DNA from: an uncultured Fibrobacteria bacterium | GTDB taxonomy: Bacteria; Fibrobacterota; Fibrobacteria; UBA11236 | Assembly (NCBI GenBank): GCA_963716395.1 | Contig: OY970309.1 | Coordinates: forward strand, 320,001-384,000 | Direction of reading: 5' to 3' | DNA length: 64,000 nt | Part shown: piece by piece, positions 56,344-64,000 of the stretch | Layout: each line of letters begins with the position of its first letter | Position numbering within the stretch: position 1 is the first letter of the stretch | Position numbers and translations under genes: made by a program | Notes under the pieces: generated by a model | The model's input: only the letters and a program-made list of their open reading frames with translations | What the model was told of the DNA's origin: nothing | Database searches by the model: none

Positions 56344-58479
56344 TTAAAAAAGGGCGACGGGGCGCGTATAGGTCTGCCCCTGCACATGCACTCTTACGAA
56401 ATAACCACCCTTGGCCAATCCTGCGGCAGGGATGAGCACGCGGCTTTGGCCACTCGCCACGTTCTGTCGCCACTGCACGCGCCCTTGCATATCGAATAGG
56501 GCAACCTGCGAGGGCTGAACAAAAGGCATTTCGAGAACAAGGTCGGACCCGATGTGGTCCACCTTGAAATCCGCCGAACGGAATGCGGCCGTGTTCAGTT
56601 TGGGATCCACCACGGGCACCGGCGCAAAGGCGGTATCGGTGGAAATATTGTTCAACGTATACCACGCTTCAAACATCGAAGGTTGGCCGCCGGGCGAAGT
56701 CGGCACGCCCCAGGGGGCGTCGCCCGAAGCCGCGCGCAGATTCGAAGCCTGGATGAACACCACACGCGAATTGCCGCTGCCGGAACCGGAGGTATTGGGA
56801 TTCACCGACGGGCGTACCGATGCCGCGGGCATGGAGTTAATTTGCAGAAAAACCCGCAGTGAATCGGGAGACACGCGCACATTGTTGACATTCACGGTCG
56901 TTTCGTTTTGGTCGGCACCCGCTCCATAACTCAATATGCTCAGAAGGTTGGTCCAGGTCCGCACTTTGTAATTTGAAGCGACTCCCGCCGAAGGCCCGAC
57001 CTTTTCAGTGAATTGCAATTCGAAACCGTTCACGCGTGAACGAACGGCCAGCATTTCGAAAATGGTGGTGTCTTTGGGGACGAGCTTGAAAAAATCGTAT
57101 TGCTGTTGGCACCCCCCTGGCGGAAGATCGGATGCCAGCGCTCCAGGGTAGCCAGCACCGCCCCAACACCAGTTGACTGAAGGCGGCGCTCCGTAAATGT
57201 TGTCTCCGCCCGCCTGGCTACCGGCATAAATATCGCCATCGGGCCCGATTTTCAAGCGGCCGATGCCGGCATGAAAACCTCCGGAGAAAAAGAACACCGC
57301 GCCCTGCCATTCATTGTTCACCTTTTCCAGAAAAATGCGCTGAATGCCGCCGAAGGCCACATCGCCCACCAGCATTTGCCCGGCATACTCTCCCTTGGTG
57401 ATGTAAAGCGGCTCGCTGGGAGAATTGGAATTGCTGTTGTTTGCGCTTTGGTCCATGACCACATTGGGCAGCGATTCAGCCACCGGGCCGATATACGGGT
57501 TCAAGGGATCGCAGCGCATGCCATAAAATCGGCCTGGACGATAATTAACCAGCTTGTTGGCGGGATTGTAGCTGCCTTGAATGTCGGTTCCAAAGATCTC
57601 GCCGTCCGGCCCGATCACCAGGCCACTGGGCGAACGCAGGCCGGCGTCGACGACCTGTTGGGTGCCATTGATGGGATCGATTTTCAAAAGCGAGCAGCGA
57701 TCGCGGCCTTGATCCTGGGCCACCGAATTGCCATCGGTGTATTGCGATACCGTACCGGTATAGAGGAAACCCGCCGAATCGCGAATCAGTCCGGCCACGA
57801 AATGATGCCACCTTCTTACGGTACCCGAAGTGTCGGCGGAATTATCGTACTTTACCGGCGGATAGGCCGTAAAGCTTTTATAAGTATTCGGACCCACCGA
57901 ATCACGGCACACCCGCGCATGACAGGTGTTCACCACCTTGATGGGAGGATTGACACTGCTGGAATGAGGCCCGGCGCCGATAAAACGCAACAAGCCGGTT
58001 TTGGTGGTTACGTAAATCGTATCCGAATCATTGGCAGTGGCCCGATGCGCGACGTATAGGCCTAAAGGTTCCCACATGCCGTCGTAAATGTCGGTTATAT
58101 TCGAAGACGAAATCGAATTTCCCGACGTTCCGGTAATCACATAAAGATTGCCCGGCCCTTGGCCATTGGGCGGGCCTTGTACGTCGCCGTAATATCCGGA
58201 GCCTTGGTAGGAGTAATCGCTACCCCAAGTGGCCACCACCATCCGTCCGTCTGATAACCAATCCATGCCACCGAAACGCCAAGTATGGTCAATGGCATTG
58301 CGGAAAGAAACCAAGGTATAGCCGGGATTAATGCCCGGGCCGCTCGGGCTGGGAACCCCGTCAGCACCTCCGAGCGCGGTTGAAGTTCCCAAGGCGCTGT
58401 TTCCCAGGGGCGTTGAACCGCACATTCCGGTTTGCACAAAACACAAAAGCCCCATCCCCAAAAAAATTCCGGTTTTCAT
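56344..58479 (-). CDS. Secreted beta-propeller protein (sugar dehydrogenase-like) with C-terminal sorting-like domain
   Basis: Signal peptide; GGMDWLSDGRMVV, GLRSPSG, TDIQG, GQMLVGD..GGIQR..LEKV..EWQGAVF; FDMQGRV..LAKGGYFVRV; start uncertain (58479-58497). Confidence 0.72.
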   Translation of the reverse strand: MKTGIFLGMGLLCFVQTGMCGSTPLGNSALGTSTALGGADGVPSPSGPGINPGYTLVSFRNAIDHTWRFGGMDWLSDGRMVVATWGSDYSYQGSGYYGDVQGPPNGQGPGNLYVITGTSGNSISSSNITDIYDGMWEPLGLYVAHRATANDSDTIYVTTKTGLLRFIGAGPHSSSVNPPIKVVNTCHARVCRDSVGPNTYKSFTAYPPVKYDNSADTSGTVRRWHHFVAGLIRDSAGFLYTGTVSQYTDGNSVAQDQGRDRCSLLKIDPINGTQQVVDAGLRSPSGLVIGPDGEIFGTDIQGSYNPANKLVNYRPGRFYGMRCDPLNPYIGPVAESLPNVVMDQSANNSNSNSPSEPLYITKGEYAGQMLVGDVAFGGIQRIFLEKVNNEWQGAVFFFSGGFHAGIGRLKIGPDGDIYAGSQAGGDNIYGAPPSVNWCWGGAGYPGALASDLPPGGCQQQYDFFKLVPKDTTIFEMLAVRSRVNGFELQFTEKVGPSAGVASNYKVRTWTNLLSILSYGAGADQNETTVNVNNVRVSPDSLRVFLQINSMPAASVRPSVNPNTSGSGSGNSRVVFIQASNLRAASGDAPWGVPTSPGGQPSMFEAWYTLNNISTDTAFAPVPVVDPKLNTAAFRSADFKVDHIGSDLVLEMPFVQPSQVALFDMQGRVQWRQNVASGQSRVLIPAAGLAKGGYFVRVHVQGQTYTRPVALF

Positions 58480-59050
58480 AACCATAGATTTACTCACGCG
58501 TTAAAAAAGTTTATCGACTAGGCACCCTCGACGTTCACAAACCTATGCGGGCGTCTGGTTTTCAGGAATTCGCCCGCCCAGGAAAGTGAAGACAATCTGT
58601 CTTTAGCTCGACCTTCTCCACCTTCGTCGAGCCCCTTTGCGTCAGTCGGAAGAACCAAATCGACTCCATCTTTCGAGGAAGAACGGAACGAAAGGTTAAC
58701 CAACCCAACTGTCACTTGAGATTCTCGTAAAATAAATCATTCCTCGCAAATCCGCAGGCACTTTTCCGTCGCCCCGAAGAGAATGCGATTAATTCGGGCT
58801 TTTGCGATACCTAACCTCTCTGATTGAAGACGAATTCGATAAGCTCTTACGCCGTGTGACAGGCTTCACCACTTTCCAGAAGGCTATTTTCTAGGCTTTT
58901 CGATAAAATGTTCTCGCCTGCTCCGCGCCGGTCGAGTAAAAAAGGCTTATGGGATGGGTTCAATGATTCTGAAGCAAGTATTGAATCCGAAGCCGGTCGT
59001 CCCGGCCCAGTTTCCACTGCTTCGCTTCATTATTTGTGATTGAAATCGCC

Positions 59051-62000
59051 GTGAACCGCAAACTTTTCTTTCGTCTTTTCCTGCTTTCGGCCCTGGCCTT
59101 TTTCGCCTGGACTTGTAATGTGTCGGATTCGGGCAGCGACACCTTTTTGACCCTTACGGTGGGCGACTCGCTCAAAACTTCGGCGGGGAAGTACGACTCC
59201 ATCCAAATCAAGGTGGCGGTGATTAAAAACTCCGACACCACCTATCAGAAAATTGTGTTCCACGGAACCTACCACGACTCTTCGCAACTGCAAAACCTTG
59301 ACCTGGGACACTTGCCTTCCAATGACTTCACCATCATCCTCTCCGGTTATCGCAATGGATCGTTGGCCGTCATGTTGGAGTTACCCTTCAGCAACGGCCA
59401 GCCCGGCACTCCCAAGGTCGACACTTTGATTGTGCCGCCGGATACCACCCATCCAGGCAACTACCAGCCGCGGATAGGGCTGGCCCCGCCGGACAGCGGT
59501 AACACTTTGTTCCATGCCGTCGAAGGCAAAACCCTGGCTTTCCGTGTCATGGCCCAAGACACCGACGCCAAAGACAGCGCCATTTTGCTTTCCCTCGGCA
59601 ATGTGTTTCCGTTGGCTTGCGGAACCGCCGTGTATGACACGGTCACGGGTAACTTTACCCTCAAACCCGCTTTTGCCTGCGTGGACTCAGGCGGCGATTC
59701 GGTAAAGGCAACGTTGAACTTCGCCGCCAAAGACCGGGGCAATCCGCCGCTTTTCGACACCTTGAGCATACAGGTCATTGTGATGGATTCGAACAGTGCG
59801 CCCAAATGGAAACAGGATTCGGTAAGCGGTCTTGTGGGCAAGCAAGGCAAGCCCATGTCGCTTCGACTCGACAGCCTTTATCTGGGCGATGCCGAAGGCG
59901 ACTCGGTTACATTCACGCCCTCGCTGGGAATAATCACCTCGAACCCGCTGACTTGGTCTTTCACGCCCTCGTTCTCGGATTCGGGAGCAAAAACCGTGAT
60001 CCTTACTTCCACCGACAACCACAAGCCTCCGGCCTGGTCGCAACTGATTCTCAACCTCAGCATAGCCGATTCGATTCGGGCGTTGAAGGTGGTCATCACT
60101 TCGCCTGCCAATGGCTTTGTCACACGTGACAGTGTGATTACCGTGCATTGGAGCGTGAACGGCACGGCGCAAACCAGCGACACCACCGAGCATTTTTCCC
60201 AGGAAGGACCGAACGGCATCAAGCGTTCGTTTCGGGATTCCTTGACCGATAATACCGCTTCGGATTCCATCACCGTAACCTTGGATCGGACGCCACCCGA
60301 TAGACCCGTAGTCAGCGCCCCCACGCCGACCAATAACCCGCGTCCCACCTGGACATGGAAATCGGGCGGCGGTGGCGACGGGTATTTCCGCCATCGGCTC
60401 GACACGGCTTCGTTCGCCGATACACTGGGGGCGAAAGACACCTCGTTCACCCCCGGCGTTGATCTGACTGCCGGAACCCATGTCTTGAATGTCGAAGAGC
60501 GGGACGACGCCGGGAATTGGTCGGCCTTGGCGCAGGATTCGGTGCGTATCGTGCTGACCGGACCGTTGCTTGCCATCACCTCACCTCCGAATAATTACGT
60601 GACACGACAAGCCAGCGTGATCGTAACCTGGACATTGAACGGCACGGCGCAGACTCCTGTGACCAAAAGCTTGAATGCCGGGGCGAATGTGTTGAAGGTC
60701 ACCGGTCAGGACTCTGCGGGGAATCAAGCGTCGGATTCCATCACCGTAATCCGCGACACGGTTCCCCCCAATAAACCGGTGGTTACGGGTCCGGGGCTTA
60801 CGAGTAATCAGAAGCCGACGTGGCGCTGGAAATCCGGCGGCGACAGCGGCAGCGGATACTTTCGCTACCAGCTCGACAATGCCAGCCTGACCGATACGGT
60901 CGGGGTTACCGACACCGCGTACACGCCAGTATCCAATCTTTCCGAAGGCCGGCATGTGCTGTACATTGAAGAACGCGATGCAGTCGGCAATTGGTCGGCC
61001 ATGGATAGCAGCGGAATCGCCACCGTGGACATCACTCCCCCGGCGGTGCAGATCATTTCGCCGGTCGATAGTTTTGTGACTAATCAAGACAGTGTGCAGG
61101 TGCAATGGACAAGCAACGGCATCAATCAACCTGCCAATACCAAAACCTTGAGCGAAGGGGTGAATACCCTCACCGAATCCGCCACCGATTCAGCGGGCAA
61201 TACGGGATCGAAGTCAATCACCGTGACGCGGAGAAGCAATGTCTTGTTCGTGAACGCGGGGGCCAATGCCGGCGGCGATGGAAATTCCTGGACGTCGGCC
61301 TACAAGTATTTGCAAACGGCCCTCGCGCGCTCGGCCAGCGGCCAACAAATTTGGATCGCCAAGGGGACCTATAAACCGGCTCTGGGAGTCACGGGAATCG
61401 ATACGAATACCTATGACACGAGTTTTGTCATGAAAAGCGGGGTGACTTGGCTGGGAGGATTCAAAGGCACGGAGAACGATAGCGGGAAACGGGATTGGAA
61501 TAACAACCAAAGCATTCTGACCGGGGAAAGGGGTAATCCCAATGACAGCACGGATAATTTGGGCACGATTGTTTTAGGAGCAGACAACGCGACTATGGAT
61601 GGGCTGGTGGTTGAGAAGGGTGGTGTTGCAATAGGCACAATGGATTGCCGCGGTAAATCGCCACAAATTACGAATTGTGTTTTTCAAAATAATGCAGGTA
61701 ATGCTGTGATAAACGCCGACCTCAACGCGAATCCTGCAATTAAAAATTGTGGTTTTATAAATAATCAAACAAGTCAGGGAGCAATCTACTTTCTCGGGTC
61801 TCCAACTATTAGTTTTTGCAAATTTCAATATAACAGCGCTGGAGTTGCAGGTGGGGCAATTAGGGGGGAAGGATCCACGATTATTACTTCCTCGATTTTT
61901 GAGGGCAATCAAGCCGGTGAGGGCGGGGCAATAACGATCGAAGATGCGCCAACAGAAACATTTACTATTGCCAATTGCATCTTTATCCGAAACAGTGCAA

Positions 62001-62611
62001 ACGATGGCGGAGCGATTTATGCCTCGGGACTTGGGACTTTCACGAATGATGTCTTTATACAAAACTCTGGAAAGGAATTTGGAGGCGCCGTTAACGCATC
62101 TGCAGTAAACAACGATTTTAGTAATTTTACTAATTGTGCATTTTTCGGTAATGGATCGATTTCGACTTACGGCGGAGCGATTTATGAAACCGGAACTTTA
62201 ATTATCCAAAATTCAATACTATATAACGACACAGCGAATTTTGGGACTGAGATTTTCGCTCAAAGTTTCGAGTGGGATTCCATTACCATCGGTTTCTCGG
62301 ACCTTTCGGGTGGTATTGCCGCTATTGCGGGAGACACGAGTGACATTTCCGGTACTACCCACTATGTAAATGGCATTCCGGTAACGGCCGGCCCCGGCAA
62401 TCTCAACGTGAATCCATCTTTCAAGAACTCCGCGTCACCCGCCGGCCCAGACGGCAAATACCTTACCTCCGACGACGGCTATAATCTCTCTTCCGGCAGC
62501 CCGTGCATCAATGCAGGAAACTCCAGCGCTTCGGGCCTGCCGGCCACCGACATCACCGGCGCGCCGCGCGTGCAAGGCGCCAACGTCGACATGGGCGCCT
62601 ACGAGCAATAG
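59051..62611 (+). CDS. Large surface lipoprotein: N-terminal domain, Ig-like stalk modules, right-handed beta-helix / choice-of-anchor-Q-like tip
   Basis: Lipobox AWTC; two PTW.WKSGG..G.FR..LD...EERD.(A/V)GNWS modules; DGNSW..AY..LQ.AL, IWIAKGTY, GGAI repeats, SPCINAG, DMGAYE. Confidence 0.82.
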   Translation: MNRKLFFRLFLLSALAFFAWTCNVSDSGSDTFLTLTVGDSLKTSAGKYDSIQIKVAVIKNSDTTYQKIVFHGTYHDSSQLQNLDLGHLPSNDFTIILSGYRNGSLAVMLELPFSNGQPGTPKVDTLIVPPDTTHPGNYQPRIGLAPPDSGNTLFHAVEGKTLAFRVMAQDTDAKDSAILLSLGNVFPLACGTAVYDTVTGNFTLKPAFACVDSGGDSVKATLNFAAKDRGNPPLFDTLSIQVIVMDSNSAPKWKQDSVSGLVGKQGKPMSLRLDSLYLGDAEGDSVTFTPSLGIITSNPLTWSFTPSFSDSGAKTVILTSTDNHKPPAWSQLILNLSIADSIRALKVVITSPANGFVTRDSVITVHWSVNGTAQTSDTTEHFSQEGPNGIKRSFRDSLTDNTASDSITVTLDRTPPDRPVVSAPTPTNNPRPTWTWKSGGGGDGYFRHRLDTASFADTLGAKDTSFTPGVDLTAGTHVLNVEERDDAGNWSALAQDSVRIVLTGPLLAITSPPNNYVTRQASVIVTWTLNGTAQTPVTKSLNAGANVLKVTGQDSAGNQASDSITVIRDTVPPNKPVVTGPGLTSNQKPTWRWKSGGDSGSGYFRYQLDNASLTDTVGVTDTAYTPVSNLSEGRHVLYIEERDAVGNWSAMDSSGIATVDITPPAVQIISPVDSFVTNQDSVQVQWTSNGINQPANTKTLSEGVNTLTESATDSAGNTGSKSITVTRRSNVLFVNAGANAGGDGNSWTSAYKYLQTALARSASGQQIWIAKGTYKPALGVTGIDTNTYDTSFVMKSGVTWLGGFKGTENDSGKRDWNNNQSILTGERGNPNDSTDNLGTIVLGADNATMDGLVVEKGGVAIGTMDCRGKSPQITNCVFQNNAGNAVINADLNANPAIKNCGFINNQTSQGAIYFLGSPTISFCKFQYNSAGVAGGAIRGEGSTIITSSIFEGNQAGEGGAITIEDAPTETFTIANCIFIRNSANDGGAIYASGLGTFTNDVFIQNSGKEFGGAVNASAVNNDFSNFTNCAFFGNGSISTYGGAIYETGTLIIQNSILYNDTANFGTEIFAQSFEWDSITIGFSDLSGGIAAIAGDTSDISGTTHYVNGIPVTAGPGNLNVNPSFKNSASPAGPDGKYLTSDDGYNLSSGSPCINAGNSSASGLPATDITGAPRVQGANVDMGAYEQ

Positions 62612-62700
62612 CATTTGCGGGCGCCGCTCATTGCGTCGACCAAAGTTTCGACCAGCATCAATTATCGACCAAAGATTGATTGCGGAGCAAATTCCAAAAC

Positions 62701-63499
62701 CTATTGCAGCAACTTTTCCACGGTTTGTGGGTCGGCCTCCTGATTGCTCACTTCGAAGCCGTCTTTATAAACTTCGTGCAAGACGCGATGTTTATGCGTG
62801 ACGCTGTCCGGCTTGGCATCGAATAGCCACGTTTCTCCTGTTCCATTCACCACCTTGCCGGTGGATTTTCCCGCGGGTGAAAAAGTTTCATAGAAAACCA
62901 CCTTCGCGTCTTCCTTTGAGGGCTTCGGCTGATACGCTGTTTTTTCCTTTAATCGCAAAACTCCGTTTGGAAAGTATTCTTCATCCTCAATCACTTCACC
63001 TTTATGACATTGCGCCACCAATTTCTTATTGCCGTTGGGCCACCATTCCTGCCATAAGCCCTCTTCTTGGCCCGAGTCGTTGTAGTTTTTGATTAAAGAT
63101 GGGTCGGCTCATTGGGGAATCGTAAAATGTTGTGCGAACTCCGATCTGGATATCCATTTACATGATGGGTTTTTTCGACCAACGATATTTCCAAGTGAAT
63201 CCCAGACCAAACAATTTCCGTTTTTTTTCCCGTCCACATAGAAGCAACTGTCGTGTTTTATCCATCGGACAGGCTATCGAATTTGTATTGTTAAAGCTCA
63301 TGGATATCCTGATTAGCCGGCCATTTTGATATTCGGATACGAATATCGTATTCGTTGTCTGAGTTTACAGTTAACACGTAATTCAACTGTTCCATATGGT
63401 TTTGAATATGTTGCCCTGGTTTTTACCGCATTCATATTCATCCGCATGAAAATAGATTTGAAAAAGAAGACGCGATAATCATGCAATGCTGCGATTCAT
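62701..63499 (-). pseudogene. MORN-variant-repeat (YwqK-like) protein interrupted by several single-base indels
   Basis: Pieces across frames read YVDGKKNGNCLVWDSLGN / NYNDSGQEEGLWQEWWPNGNKK / EYFPNGVLR; 5' limit approximate. Confidence 0.65.
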
Positions 63500-63625
63500 A
63501 AACCACTCAAATTCCATTTTCGAATTTGTTTCATGAAGGTCATGCAAATATCTGCATAAAAACGTCGTTTCGTCTTTATCTCGATATTTATCTGTTGCGT
63601 TTAAGATTTTTTACGAGTCCCGTAA

Positions 63626-63868
63626 TTATTTAACAACTGTTATCCCCGCCTTCAGCGCATCCGCTTTTTGTTTTACAGACACCGGATCTTCATCACCCGA
63701 TCCGGGTGGCGGCAAAGGCAATTGCGACACAAAGCGCAACACCCATTTGAGAATGTGATTGCCGTTCGGAGATTTCGAAGCCCCCTCGGTAGATTTCAAT
63801 ATATCAAGTATGACCGGAAAATCCGCATCTTCGCGTGTTTGCATCAAGGTGATGATGGCCTGGGTCAA
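63626..63868 (-). pseudogene. Probable gene fragment (helical repeat-like)
   Basis: 80-aa ORF starting 2 bp after the upstream stop codon with no SD; reads like an internal protein segment. Confidence 0.35.
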
Positions 63869-63870
63869 AT

Positions 63871-64000
63871 CTATTGCAGCAACTTTTCCACGGTTTTGGC
63901 GTCGGCCTGTGCGTTGTGGACTCGCAGGCCATTCTTGAAGATTTCTTGCTCCACCCTATAACGCTTTAACGTGCTATCCGGCTCAGCGCTGAAAGTCCAC
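63871..64000 (-). CDS. 3' end of a paralog of the 62701 MORN-repeat gene (continues beyond the window)
   Basis: WTFSAEPDS..YRVEQEIFKNG..ADAKTVEKLLQ* aligns with WLFDAKPDS..HRVLHEVYKDG..ADPQTVEKLLQ*. Confidence 0.75.
   Translation of the reverse strand, partial: WTFSAEPDSTLKRYRVEQEIFKNGLRVHNAQADAKTVEKLLQ

Noticed and set aside
58518-58715. 65-aa minus-strand ORF
   Set aside because: No SD or motifs; overlaps the hairpin-rich leader and is probably non-coding
62612-62700. Three TCGACCA words between convergent genes considered as an attC/att site
   Set aside because: Too short, no RYYYAAC...GTTRRRY dyad, and no integrase visible

Overview
GC-rich bacterial chromosomal window, most likely Fibrobacterota or another FCB-group lineage. 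This is inferred from gene order, the T9SS-like C-terminal domains and the lipoprotein repertoire. Housekeeping blocks are: cysE/pdxB/ppdK; lolC-lolD-mcsA-mcsB-clpC-bamA-skp-lpxD-lpxC-fabZ-lpxA; metXW-vapBC-iscS-bioB-hisH-hisF-prfB-lysS; mutM; hicAB; rpmB; msbA-like-waaA-ispH; and groES-groEL-hrcA-grpE-dnaK-dnaJ followed by a sigma54 activator. The most notable features are: (1) an McsB that has lost essentially all phosphagen-kinase catalytic motifs but keeps its C-terminal domain, next to a half-length McsA and an intact ClpC; (2) two large surface lipoproteins about 34 kb apart that share an unannotated N-terminal domain and a stalk module but carry different, AT-richer tip domains, one broken by a frameshift at a C7 tract; (3) an atypical sigma54 activator directly upstream of a -24/-12 promoter and a 62-aa orphan; (4) the start of a tandem array of MORN-repeat paralogs with an identical 26-bp 3' end at the right edge. 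No rRNA, tRNA, CRISPR array or transposase was seen. All calls come from reading motifs by eye; no database searches were run.
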